From: an uncultured delta proteobacterium
GTDB taxonomy: Bacteria; Desulfobacterota; BSN033; UBA1163
DNA: 64,000 nt
Reading direction: 5' to 3'
NCBI GenBank assembly: GCA_963708295.1
Contig: CAVPSJ010000014.1
Coordinates: forward strand, 288,001 to 352,000
Shown: one piece after another, positions 1 to 8,749 of the stretch
Layout: the number at the start of each line of letters is the position of its first letter
Numbering within the stretch: position 1 is the stretch's first letter
Program-made: the position numbers and the translations under genes
Notes under the pieces: model-generated
What the model saw: only the letters and a program-made list of their open reading frames with translations
The model's database searches: none
Told to the model about the DNA's origin: nothing

Positions 1-147
1 GTGATGGTGGAAGAAGTGAATGGGGCAATCATTATTCTTCCCCAGCCCAAGTCCTTTACGGAATTCATGTTCGGGTTGGGAAAAGAGGCATGGGAAGGCA
101 TTGATCCCAAGGCCTACGTTAAGAAAGAGAGGGCTCACTGGAAATGA
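1..147 (+). CDS. AbrB/MazE-type antitoxin (VapB-like), 5'-truncated by the window edge
   Basis: Frame 1 reads VMVEEVNGAIIILPQPKSFTEFMFGLGKEAWEGIDPKAYVKKERAHWK*, a typical AbrB-antitoxin tail. Its stop overlaps the PIN gene start (ATGA at 144-147). Not in the ORF track. Confidence 0.75.
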   Translation: MMVEEVNGAIIILPQPKSFTEFMFGLGKEAWEGIDPKAYVKKERAHWK

Positions 148-593
148 CCTCTCTTCTCAGGGAGCTGAGGAATCGGTCGGTGGCCCTGGACACCATGATC
201 TTCATCTACGCCTTCGAGGACCACCCCGTCTATCAGGCAATCTTGAAGAGCTTCTTTCGTGCTCTGGAAAAGGGCGAGATGAACGCCGTTACGAGCACTC
301 TCACCATTACAGAATGCCTGGTCCAACCCTATCGAAAAAAGAACTTTGCCTTATCCGCTCAATATCTGGTCCTGTTTCGTAATTTTCCCAACCTTTCGAT
401 CATACCCTTGACCGATGATATCGCCGAGAGGGCTGCCTTTCTCAGAGCCCAGCACAATCTCAGAACGCCGGATGCCGTTCAACTGGCCACCGCGCTTGTT
501 TCCGGATGTCATGCCTTTCTTACAAATGACGATAGGTTCCTGGTTGCCGAAGGTATCCGGGTTCTTGTCTTAGATCAATTACATGGAAAATAG
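144..593 (+). CDS. vapC: PIN-domain (VapC) toxin ribonuclease
   Basis: PIN motifs VALDTMIFIY, TITECL, LRTPDAVQLATA, FLTND; 149 aa; coupled to the upstream antitoxin. Confidence 0.9.
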   Translation: MTSLLRELRNRSVALDTMIFIYAFEDHPVYQAILKSFFRALEKGEMNAVTSTLTITECLVQPYRKKNFALSAQYLVLFRNFPNLSIIPLTDDIAERAAFLRAQHNLRTPDAVQLATALVSGCHAFLTNDDRFLVAEGIRVLVLDQLHGK

Positions 594-642
594 CCCGTCA
601 CCTCCCTTATCCCAGGTGGGAGAGGGCGGGGGTGAGGGGGGA
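594..642. repeat. GC-rich REP-like palindrome (ccc..gggagaggg/gggtgagggg type)
   Basis: Imperfect hairpin directly after the vapC stop; related to palindromes at 28.2, 35.3-35.4 and 46.6-46.8 kb. Confidence 0.55.
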
Positions 643-969
643 GAGGTATCTAAATCAAGAAATCTTTACAGACGCACTTGAATTCAAATATGGGTATTCA
701 AGATGGATGATTACATCCAAAAGAGCATCACTTTGAATTATTGTCTTGACTTTCGTGCAATATCTTGATGAAAAGTCATGATGAACGATATCTATACAAC
801 CTATCAAAAGAGAGTTTTACTTCTCCCAACCCGAGTTATCTTTACAGAATGCCCCATGCTGCTTTTCAACTCGTGCAGAACCTGAAGCAGGAGGGTCTCG
901 GTTGTCACTGCCGGAGCTGGCTATCGAGGCTGGAAGACTGACTTCAAATGAATAGAGGCGTTTATTCTT

Positions 970-1069
970 CGGGAGCAGTGTAAACCGTTCTTTATGGCCT
1001 GCCTCTTGTAGGCTCTGGTTCAGGCAGACAATTTTCGAGACCTTGAGGGTTCTCCTGAGCCCAAATCAA
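970..1069 (-). pseudogene. C-terminal remnant of a VapC/PIN toxin
   Basis: Minus strand reads LIWAQENPQGLE, a frameshift, then VCLNQSLQEAGHKERFTLLP. This matches the VapC tail (..WA....GLEFVCLD.RLREAA.KEGF.VLP). The 5' part is missing and the remnant abuts the antitoxin. Confidence 0.7.
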
Positions 1070-1355
1070 ATTCGCTGTTTCTTTCATCTAGGAGGGCTTT
1101 TCGAACGAGCCCTTCTGGGGCCTGTGGCCTAGGTAGGCTCCAAAATCTTTTTGGGAGCTTGCCCGACCCAAGTCTGATCAAACCCTGTTTTTCCATTCTG
1201 GCCAGTGACTCTCCGAATGCTCTTGTCCGTGAAATGGGCACTAGTCGAGCCACAGGCTTTCCCCGATCTGTGATCAATACCTCGTTGCCCGCCTTGACAT
1301 GGTATAAATATTCGCTCAGATAGGCTCTCAGTTTTGAAATCCCCGCTGTCTCCAT
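1020..1355 (-). CDS. Phd/YefM family antitoxin (C-terminus reads through into the toxin remnant)
   Basis: METAGISKLRAYLSEYL..VKAGNEVLITDRGKPVARLVP is a Phd/YefM N-terminus; AGGAGG lies upstream. Confidence 0.88.
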   Translation of the reverse strand: METAGISKLRAYLSEYLYHVKAGNEVLITDRGKPVARLVPISRTRAFGESLARMEKQGLIRLGSGKLPKRFWSLPRPQAPEGLVRKALLDERNSEFDLGSGEPSRSRKLSA

Positions 1356-1659
1356 GGCAATGGCTCATCCTCCTATGATCTATACGCCATTAAAAGTCAT
1401 ATGAATTTGACCTGTCAAGACCTATCTAAAAAGGCTTGACTTCTTTTTGTTGGTATGGTTTAAAAGCACAACGGGAGCATTCCGACTTATTTTGGGTAAC
1501 CGGTTAAAAGGGGCCTTTTGTTAAGGAGGGTGAAGATGGTTCCTGGACGGCCCAATACGATAAGCCCTTGTAGTTTTGACCGCCTGCCGGTGGGCTGGAC
1601 GGTTCGAACTGCCGGGGCTTTACTGTTTCTGGCACAAAACATGCCATTTCAAGGCAACC

Positions 1660-1731
1660 GAGAGAGAAGGAAGATATTTATTCTATCTCGAATCGACTCA
1701 TGAGCGATACGGAGCCGTTATTCATGCATAC
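1660..1731 (+). pseudogene. Short internal fragment of a RAYT/Y1 transposase
   Basis: EREGRYLFYLESTHERYGAVIHAY resembles the RAYT segment just before the HUH motif (D.E.FL.YLESATERYGAVIH.YCLM.NHYH); flanking similarity is lost. Confidence 0.55.
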
Positions 1732-1850
1732 AGGAGACGTAGGAGCCCGCTGCGGCGGAAGATGAGAAATCTTAGTTCCATTAATTGTTTTGGCGAAGAC
1801 TATTTATAACGGCAGATGGCCGAGGATTTTGAAAACCTAAGGAGGGCCGC

Positions 1851-2228
1851 ATGAAGTACAAAATATTTCCAAACTACAAAAGAATCGCCAAGTTAATCCT
1901 GTTACTCGGCGTGTTGGCGGCATTATCAACAACACCCTTAGCAGCAGCGGAAAACGTAAAAATAAAACTTCCTGACGGGTTATATATGTATGATTCGTCA
2001 ATAGAGCGACTTACAGATGGCCGTGAGAGGGTTGGGTTTGGAAAATATTTTGCCGTGCAAAATAACGTTATTTATAGTTCTCAAGAAGCAATGAAGAAGT
2101 TCGGGGTGTCAAAATTAAACGAGTTTTTTACTGAAAATAAGAAGTACAAAATACTTTTTGGCGGGGACAAAATAGGAGAAATACATAATGTAGGGAATAT
2201 AGGGGACGTCCATAAAATTATAAGTTGA
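1851..2228 (+). CDS. Secreted hypothetical protein, probably 3'-truncated by the RAYT element
   Basis: AGGAGG RBS, signal peptide (LILLLGVLAALSTTPLAAA), AT-rich; the last codons (GDVHKIIS*) come from the element's left inverted repeat. Confidence 0.65.
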   Translation: MKYKIFPNYKRIAKLILLLGVLAALSTTPLAAAENVKIKLPDGLYMYDSSIERLTDGRERVGFGKYFAVQNNVIYSSQEAMKKFGVSKLNEFFTENKKYKILFGGDKIGEIHNVGNIGDVHKIIS

Positions 2229-3293
2229 CGCCTTCGCTGAGGTTTGATAGGCTGTTTTTATGCCCCGGAGAGCAAGGATCGATTATCCCGGTGGAGTTCA
2301 CCATCTCATCGTCCGAGGGATTGAACGGAAGCGGATCTTCCAGGACAATCAGGATCGTAACGCCTTTCTTGACCGTCTGGGACTTCTTCTTCTGGAATCC
2401 AAGACATCATGTTTTGCTTGGGCTTTGTTACCTAACCATGTCCATCTTCTTGTACGGAGTGGTTTGGTTTCTCTGGCGGGATTGATGCGGCGACTTCTGA
2501 CTGGATATGCTGTGACGTACAATCGGCGTTACCACAGGCATGGGGTGTTATTCCAGAATCGTTACAAATCGATTTTGTGCCAGGAAGATCGATATCTATT
2601 GGAGTTGGTGCGTTATATCCATCTGAATGCCCTCCGGGGGAAAACGGTGGACAGTTTGGACGCTTTGGGTCGCTACCCGTACACCGGCCATAGTGTCATT
2701 ATGGGAGCGTGGAAGCGAGAATGGCAGGACGCGGACACAATTTTAGGCTATTTTGCACGCAGAAAGAAAGTTGCCAGAAGGAAGTATCGGGAGTATGTCG
2801 AGGAGGGAATACGTGAGGGGCGAAGACCGGATCTGGTGGGAGGAGGACTTATTCGGAGTCTGGGGGGATGGGAGGGAGTTAAAGGACTGGGGAAGTGGAG
2901 AGGCCGATTTAAGGGAGATGAGCGGATACTTGGGGAGAGCGAATTTGTGGGAGAGGTGCTTAAGGCATCGGAAGAGGCCATGGAGCGGCGATACGGATTG
3001 AAGGCGGAAGGATTGGATCTCGAGCGGATTATCGAAAGGGTGTCGGAGATCTTTGGGATGAGAGAGGACGAAATCAAGGCGGGGGGAAAGACTCCGAAGG
3101 GAGTGGCTGCTCGGAGTGTGGTGAGTTATTGGGCGGTGAGAGAACTGGGACTTACGGGGATGGAGGTGGCAAGGAGACTGGGCGTGACCCAGCCAGCGGT
3201 GAGTCAGGCACTAAAGCGAGGGGCGAGGATCATCGAGGAGAGACATCTCAAACTGAAGGAAGTGTAGAATCTTATATTTTTATGGACGTCCCC
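2202..3293 (+). mobile_element. RAYT-type (Y1 HUH) element bounded by 23-bp inverted repeats
   Basis: Left end GGGGACGTCCATAAAATTATAAG (2202-2224) and right end CTTATATTTTTATGGACGTCCCC (3271-3293) are reverse complements with one mismatch and enclose a single transposase gene. Confidence 0.85.
2260..3267 (+). CDS. REP-associated tyrosine transposase (Y1_Tnp) with C-terminal DnaA-C/HTH domain
   Basis: MPRRARID.PG..HH...RG..R..IF start, HUH motif NHVH, LFQNRYKS, catalytic Tyr in RYIHLN, C-terminal HTH (EVARRLGVTQPAVSQ). Confidence 0.92.
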   Translation: MPRRARIDYPGGVHHLIVRGIERKRIFQDNQDRNAFLDRLGLLLLESKTSCFAWALLPNHVHLLVRSGLVSLAGLMRRLLTGYAVTYNRRYHRHGVLFQNRYKSILCQEDRYLLELVRYIHLNALRGKTVDSLDALGRYPYTGHSVIMGAWKREWQDADTILGYFARRKKVARRKYREYVEEGIREGRRPDLVGGGLIRSLGGWEGVKGLGKWRGRFKGDERILGESEFVGEVLKASEEAMERRYGLKAEGLDLERIIERVSEIFGMREDEIKAGGKTPKGVAARSVVSYWAVRELGLTGMEVARRLGVTQPAVSQALKRGARIIEERHLKLKEV

Positions 3294-3322
3294 CATTTTC
3301 CGTCCGTCCCCCATTTTCCGTC
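3287..3322. repeat. Perfect 18-bp tandem duplication at the right end of the element
   Basis: CGTCCCCCATTTTCCGTC at 3287-3304 and at 3305-3322. Confidence 0.9.
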
Positions 3323-3395
3323 AGAGGAAGAAGAAAAGGATCTAATTAATTGTTTGATTAAAGCGGGATACGACGGGTTGGCAAATAAGCAGTAA
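3323..3395 (+). pseudogene. C-terminal stub of an unknown gene
   Basis: Reads ..EEEEKDLINCLIKAGYDGLANKQ* directly after the element end and just before the RBS of the next gene. Confidence 0.4.
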
Positions 3396-3422
3396 TCATA
3401 ACCCCAAGGAGGTCAGGGTAAC

Positions 3423-3983
3423 ATGGGAAAATCAAAAAAGTTGACTGTTTCCCTTCTTCCCACCATGTTTCTTATGGTTGCTTTATCAGTAGTTGCATAC
3501 ATCGTCCATGCAGAACAACCCTATACTACGGAGAGTGAACTTGTTTGTGGTAGTACAAAGGTTCAAGTTATTACACGATGCACCGATGATTCGCATCCCA
3601 TCGTCCCTGATTGCGTTGAACAGAAATTTCTATTTCGAGATTTGACTACGGGGCGAACATTTTCCGTTCCCGCAAGCGGCCAACTCGTAACAGTGAAAGG
3701 TGCAAATGACAGACCCATTGGCAGGAGTTTAGACGCGCTGGCTACATCTTGGCGGTGTATAAAAGGGAAATCGCAACCGTATTTGATTATTTGGTACAAT
3801 TCGGGAGGCAATTGCGAAGAATGCGAATGGCAGGAGATTCTGGACTTAACCGGTAAGAGACTCGCGTCCACCTTGCCAAAAACAACCCAAAACCAGAAAG
3901 CATTTAACGGCCTCTGGAGCAAACTCGGCTTGCCGAATATTGGACCCGGAGACTTCTTAACAATACGGGTGCACAACCGATAG
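3423..3983 (+). CDS. Secreted cysteine-containing hypothetical protein
   Basis: AAGGAGGT RBS, signal peptide ending VHA, several Cys including GGNCEECEW; AT-richer than host genes. Confidence 0.75.
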   Translation: MGKSKKLTVSLLPTMFLMVALSVVAYIVHAEQPYTTESELVCGSTKVQVITRCTDDSHPIVPDCVEQKFLFRDLTTGRTFSVPASGQLVTVKGANDRPIGRSLDALATSWRCIKGKSQPYLIIWYNSGGNCEECEWQEILDLTGKRLASTLPKTTQNQKAFNGLWSKLGLPNIGPGDFLTIRVHNR

Positions 3984-4020
3984 AGGGAAAAGGAAGGTTA
4001 GTACAGATAGGAAAGAAAAT

Positions 4021-4149
4021 AGGGGTTAGTCCGCAACATGAGACAAGGCGGTGAACGACAGGGAGGGAGTAGGAGTGTCGAGGCCGCTGAGGATTGAGTG
4101 CCTGGGAGAATTTAGAGGAGGAAGAGGGAAGGGGGCCAAAGCAGAATGA
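4021..4149 (+). pseudogene. Left end and N-terminal remnant of another RAYT element
   Basis: AAATAGGGGTTAGTCC resembles the left end at 2198-2211. GTG at 4075 opens VSRPLRIECLGEF, matching the RAYT start M.RPLRIE.PG.F. The 24-aa mini-ORF ends in ATGA overlapping the next gene's start. Confidence 0.65.
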
Positions 4150-4727
4150 GGGGAGAAAATAAGGCGACAGCCAGATTTATTCTATTCGTTTTGCTCGCAC
4201 TTGTGTTTTGGCTACAGGGCACTGGACTGCATGTGTACAAAGCTTATTCACAACAGAAAGTGGAGAAACAGGATAACTACCCATCAACGCCCGAGGGAGT
4301 TGTAGAAGCCTTTGTTAAGGCCGGGTTTGACGGTACTGGTGTCGAAGAAATTGGCGATCCTCAGAAGAGGTTGCAATATACAACCTGGGAAATCTGGCCA
4401 GGGTCCGACGGAGACCTTATATCGCTTAGATACAAAATATTAAAAGTTAGGGAGGATGATAAACAGGCAACCGTGAAAGTGATTTATGAATACCTCGGTT
4501 GGGCTGCGTTCGACCTTATGAAAATAGAAAGGCAAACTAAAGAGATACAGTATTCGTTGGTCAAAGAGAAGGGTTTTTGGAAGATATCTTTTCCAGGCCA
4601 TGCTCCTTATGTATCTGTTAAGACAGCGATTAAGATGCTGGAATGGGGCATCGAGTTCTACAAAAAAGATACGGAAAGAGTAAAAAAAATGAGGAAGAAT
4701 ATCGAGACCTTAAAGGCATATTTATAG
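4146..4727 (+). CDS. Secreted/membrane-anchored hypothetical protein (possibly NTF2-like fold)
   Basis: N-terminal hydrophobic segment; TPEGVVEAF...ATVKVIY...YSLVKEKGFWKI resembles NTF2-like exported proteins. Confidence 0.7.
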   Translation: MRGENKATARFILFVLLALVFWLQGTGLHVYKAYSQQKVEKQDNYPSTPEGVVEAFVKAGFDGTGVEEIGDPQKRLQYTTWEIWPGSDGDLISLRYKILKVREDDKQATVKVIYEYLGWAAFDLMKIERQTKEIQYSLVKEKGFWKISFPGHAPYVSVKTAIKMLEWGIEFYKKDTERVKKMRKNIETLKAYL

Positions 4728-4771
4728 TATTTCTCATGCGTTTGTTTCCCCATACTAAAAGGGAGATGAAT

Positions 4772-4802
4772 AAAAAAGGCGATGGAAAATCCATCGCCTT
4801 TT
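4772..4802. terminator. Bidirectional intrinsic terminator
   Basis: AAAAAA-GGCGATGGA-AAA-TCCATCGCC-TTTT between convergent genes. Confidence 0.85.
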
Positions 4803-4829
4803 CTTGAAGATGACTATTCCGGATCAATA

Positions 4830-6755
4830 TTACTTCTTGCTCACATCCTCAAAATCCGCGTCGACCACGTCCTCTCCGCCTTTGGGGCGGGGTCCTTCCT
4901 GGGGTCCGGGACCGGCTTCGGCTCCGCCCGGTCCGGCCGCTCCTTTTTGAGAAGCCTTCGCATACATGGCCTCTGCCAGTTTGTGGGAGGTGCGGGTCAG
5001 TTCTTCCTGGGCAGACTTGATGGTGCTCGGATCGTTCGTTTCCATCGCCTTTTTCGCTTTGGCGACCGCGTCTTCGATATTCTGTTTCTCTGCGGCATCG
5101 ACCTTATCGCCGTATTCCTTCAAGGACTTTTCGGTCGAATAGATAAGCGTATCGAGCTGGTTTCTCGCTTCAGCAACCTCGCGTCTCTTCTTATCGTCTG
5201 ACGCATGGGCCTCGGCATCTCTGACCATCTTTTTGATATCATCTTCGTTGAGACCGCTGGAGGCCGTAATCTTTATGGACTGTTCTTTACCCGTTCCAAG
5301 GTCCTTTGCCGAGACATGAACGATTCCGTTGGCGTCGATATCAAAGGCGACCTCGATCTGAGGAATGCCTCGGGGAGCGGGCGGAATCCCCACCAGCTCA
5401 AATTGGCCGAGGGTTTTGTTATCCGCGGCCATCTCCCGTTCGCCCTGAAGGACATGAATCGTGACCGCAGGTTGGCTATCCGATGCGGTGGAGAAGATCT
5501 GGCTCTTTTTCGATGGAATGGTCGTGTTTCTTTCAATCAGTTTGGTAAAGACACCGCCGAGAGTCTCGATTCCAAGAGAGAGCGGGGTGACGTCCAGGAG
5601 AAGAACATCCTTGACCTCTCCCTTCAGGACCCCCGCCTGAATGGCAGCGCCAATGCCCACGGCCTCATCGGGGTTCACGCTCTTATTGGGCTCTTTCCCA
5701 AAGAGCTGCTTCACTTTCTCCTGAACCTTAGGCATCCGGGTCATGCCACCGACGAGGATCACCTCATCGATGTCCTTGGCTGCGATTCCAGAGTCGGCAA
5801 GGGCCTGGCGGCAGGGTCCTTCAACCATCTCAATAAGGTCCCCTGTCAGGTTTTCCAGTTTAGCCCGGGTCAACTTCATGTTCAGGTGTTTCGGCCCTGA
5901 GGCGTCGGCTGTGACAAAGGGAAGATTGATGTCTGTCTCCATCATGTTGGAGAGCTCGATCTTCGCCTTTTCGGCGGCCTCTTTTAACCTTTGAAGGGCC
6001 ATCCGGTCTTTCCTCAGGTCAATCCCCTGATCTTTTCTGAACTCATCCGCGAGATAATCGATGACCCGTTGATCAAAGTCATCCCCGCCCAGATGGGTAT
6101 TCCCATTGGTCGATTTGACTTCGAAGACGCCTTCGCCCAACTCGAGAATGGAGATATCGAACGTTCCACCCCCCAGGTCGAAGACGGCAATTTTCTCATC
6201 CTTCTTCTTTTCCAGACCATAGGCGAGGGAAGCAGCCGTGGGTTCGTTGATGATCCGAATGACGTTCAGACCTGCAATCCGTCCTGCATCCTTTGTGGCC
6301 TGACGCTGACTATCGTTGAAATAAGCCGGGACGGTAATCACGGCATCCGTGACCTTCTCACCGAGATAGGCCTCTGCCGTCTCCTTCATCTTCTGGAGGA
6401 CGAAGGCAGAGATCTCAGGGGGGCTATACTCCTTATCCCTCGTCCTGACCCACGCGTCCCCATTCTTGTTTTCGACGATCTTATACGGAAGGATCTTCAG
6501 ATCTCTCTGCACCTCGGGGTCCGTAAATTTTCTTCCCATCAGTCGTTTGATCGAGAAGATGGTATTTTCAGAGTTGGTAATTGCCTGACGTTTCGCAATC
6601 TGCCCAACCACCCGCTCCCCTTTTTCTGTAAAAGCAACCACAGAAGGAGTCGTTCGGCTCCCTTCCTGGTTGGCGATCACGACGGGATCTCCTCCCTCCA
6701 TGATGGCGACCACGGAGTTGGTGGTTCCTAAATCAATTCCTATTGTCTTTGCCAT
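4830..6755 (-). CDS. dnaK: Chaperone DnaK (Hsp70)
   Basis: [37 protein letters not shown]-terminal VVDADFEDV. Confidence 0.99.
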   Translation of the reverse strand: MAKTIGIDLGTTNSVVAIMEGGDPVVIANQEGSRTTPSVVAFTEKGERVVGQIAKRQAITNSENTIFSIKRLMGRKFTDPEVQRDLKILPYKIVENKNGDAWVRTRDKEYSPPEISAFVLQKMKETAEAYLGEKVTDAVITVPAYFNDSQRQATKDAGRIAGLNVIRIINEPTAASLAYGLEKKKDEKIAVFDLGGGTFDISILELGEGVFEVKSTNGNTHLGGDDFDQRVIDYLADEFRKDQGIDLRKDRMALQRLKEAAEKAKIELSNMMETDINLPFVTADASGPKHLNMKLTRAKLENLTGDLIEMVEGPCRQALADSGIAAKDIDEVILVGGMTRMPKVQEKVKQLFGKEPNKSVNPDEAVGIGAAIQAGVLKGEVKDVLLLDVTPLSLGIETLGGVFTKLIERNTTIPSKKSQIFSTASDSQPAVTIHVLQGEREMAADNKTLGQFELVGIPPAPRGIPQIEVAFDIDANGIVHVSAKDLGTGKEQSIKITASSGLNEDDIKKMVRDAEAHASDDKKRREVAEARNQLDTLIYSTEKSLKEYGDKVDAAEKQNIEDAVAKAKKAMETNDPSTIKSAQEELTRTSHKLAEAMYAKASQKGAAGPGGAEAGPGPQEGPRPKGGEDVVDADFEDVSKK

Positions 6756-6779
6756 TTTGATTTCCCCTCCTTAAAATTT

Positions 6780-6875
6780 ACCCCGTTAGAAAGTATGCCC
6801 TGCAGCTCCGCAGTGGGGTTCATTAGATTTTAGAATTATTCCGTCACCCTGCCCCGTCGGAATTTCTAACGGGGT
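6780..6875. repeat. Small MITE-like element with 13-bp terminal inverted repeats
   Basis: ACCCCGTTAGAAA (6780-6792) and TTTCTAACGGGGT (6863-6875) between grpE and dnaK. Confidence 0.7.
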
Positions 6876-7504
6876 CATTCCGATGTCCGGGCCTCTTTTT
6901 CCGGAGGTTTTGACACCGAGACCGTTGCCGGCCTTAAGAGCCGATCATTCAAGAGGTAACCCTTCTGGAACTCCTCCACGACCTGATTCGGTTCATGCTT
7001 ATCTGTTTCGACGACCAACATCGCCTCGTGCACGGTTGGGTCGAAGGGTGTTCCGACCGATTGAAAAGAAGAAAGTCCAAATTTGTTCAGGGACTGGAGA
7101 ATTTGTTGAATGGTTAATCGAACCCCCTCGATCAAGACGCCCGTATCTGAGGTCTTTTGAGCGTGATTGATTGCCCTCTCCAGATTGTCGATGAATGGAA
7201 GTATCGTCCTGAGCAAATCTTCATTGGCGAACTTGGTCCAATCCTCCTTGTCTCTAGCCGCCCTCTTCTTATAATTCTCAAAATCGGCTGCGAGTCTGAG
7301 CAGACGGTCGTGATGCTCTTTGATCTCTTTCTCCTTTTCCTCCAGCTTCTTTTTGAGCTCCCCGATCTCCTTGTCTTTCTCTTGTCTTTCTTCGTCTAAA
7401 TGCAACTGCACCTCTTCACCCAGGGTTTCAATAAGATCTTCTTCGTCTTTTTTCTCCGATTCCTTTGGGTTGTGGTTCTTTTTCTTGATCTCTTTTTTCT
7501 CCAT
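6875..7504 (-). CDS. grpE: Nucleotide exchange factor GrpE
   Basis: LRLAADFENYKKR, FDPTVHEA, QKGYLLNDRLLRPATVSV. Confidence 0.98.
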   Translation of the reverse strand: MEKKEIKKKNHNPKESEKKDEEDLIETLGEEVQLHLDEERQEKDKEIGELKKKLEEKEKEIKEHHDRLLRLAADFENYKKRAARDKEDWTKFANEDLLRTILPFIDNLERAINHAQKTSDTGVLIEGVRLTIQQILQSLNKFGLSSFQSVGTPFDPTVHEAMLVVETDKHEPNQVVEEFQKGYLLNDRLLRPATVSVSKPPEKEARTSE

Positions 7505-7598
7505 TTCTTCTACTCCCGCGTTTTCCCCGATCCAGAATCCCGGTTCCTTTAGGAAATGATTCTTTCAGCAAAAGAGGGGGCTTCACGGTGAAGGAGAA

Positions 7599-8633
7599 CT
7601 ATTGCGTCTCCAGAATCTCAGTGAGAAGTTTCGCGGTATACCCCACCAGCGGGATCACTTTTGAATAGTTCATTCTCCGAGGCCCGATGACCCCTAAAAC
7701 GCCCAGGACCTCTCCGCTGCAACTATAGGTAGAGGTGACGACGCTACAGGTCTCCATCTCCTGAACCTGGCTCTCTGAGCCGATCGCAATTTTGACTCCC
7801 TTCGGTGCCATAAACTTATCTAAGAGTTTCACCATGGTGGCCTTTTCCTCAAACGTTCGAAAGAGGTCGGTCATCCTCGAAACATTTCCGAATTCGGGTT
7901 CATTCAGTATATTCGTTTTTCCTTCGATGAAGACATCGGTGGCATCGATGGAGGAAAAGGCCTGCTCTCCTAATTTGAATGCCTGTTCGAGCAGATGATC
8001 ATAATCATTCTTGGCCACCTTCATTTGCTCTATCAGCTTCTCCCTCACCTGATAAAGGGCCAAGCCCGCCAGGAAACTGTTCAAATAATCGGAGAGATGA
8101 TCCAGCTCCAACTGAGAGAAATCTTCTTCCACTTCTATAATGCGGTTGTGAACCAACCCGGTTGTGCTCACTAAAATAGCGAGAACCAGATGTTTTCTTA
8201 ATTTCACAAATTCAATATGTTGAAGCACGACCGAACTCATTCGGGGTGTCCAAACAATTCCTAGATAGTGTGAAGATAAAGAAAGGATTCGAGACGTCTC
8301 CCTGAAGAGGTCCGGTCCCTCGATGAGAGGACTCAGATATTTGGACCGAATCTCGTGTTGTTCCTGATCACTGAGTTCGTGGACATCGATGATCGAATCC
8401 ACGTAAAATCGAAGTCCCCTCTCCGTGGGTATTCTTCCTGCTGACGTATAGGGTTGAGAAAGTAAACCCAGATCTTCCAAATCCGACATAATATTCCGTA
8501 TCGTGGCAGGGCTCACGTTGAGGCTCGATTTTTTTGAAATCGTCCTCGAACCCACGGGTTCCGCGTTGAGAATGTAGTCTTCGATGATAATCTCGAGGAC
8601 CCGCCTCATTCTTTCGGAAACGGAGAAATCCAT
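7599..8633 (-). CDS. hrcA: Heat-inducible transcription repressor HrcA
   Basis: EPVGSRT..SPATIRNIMSDLEDLGLL.QP.TSAGRIPT..G.RFYVD and GVIGPRRMNY. Confidence 0.97.
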   Translation of the reverse strand: MDFSVSERMRRVLEIIIEDYILNAEPVGSRTISKKSSLNVSPATIRNIMSDLEDLGLLSQPYTSAGRIPTERGLRFYVDSIIDVHELSDQEQHEIRSKYLSPLIEGPDLFRETSRILSLSSHYLGIVWTPRMSSVVLQHIEFVKLRKHLVLAILVSTTGLVHNRIIEVEEDFSQLELDHLSDYLNSFLAGLALYQVREKLIEQMKVAKNDYDHLLEQAFKLGEQAFSSIDATDVFIEGKTNILNEPEFGNVSRMTDLFRTFEEKATMVKLLDKFMAPKGVKIAIGSESQVQEMETCSVVTSTYSCSGEVLGVLGVIGPRRMNYSKVIPLVGYTAKLLTEILETQ

Positions 8634-8707
8634 TTGAATTTTCTCCTCCTTTAAGCCAGATAAACCTGTCCCTGATACTATTAAAATGTAATTCTTTTCG
8701 TCCCCTT

Positions 8708-8736
8708 AAGATAATTATGGAGGTTCAGTTTGTCAA
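8708..8736 (-). promoter_or_regulatory. Sigma70-type promoter of hrcA-grpE-dnaK
   Basis: Minus strand TTGACA-N17-TATCTT. Confidence 0.6.
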
Positions 8737-8749
8737 GAAATTGGAAGGT

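Noticed and set aside
1629-1645. Sigma54-like CTGGCAC-N5-ATGC
   Set aside because: GG-N10-GC spacing fits, but the -12 box is imperfect and it sits in scrambled remnant DNA; not supportable alone.
1766-1840. Possible toxin C-terminal stub (EILVPLIVLAKTIYNGRWPRILKT) before gene A
   Set aside because: Its position parallels the stub at 3323-3395, but it is short, preceded by a stop and without convincing homology.
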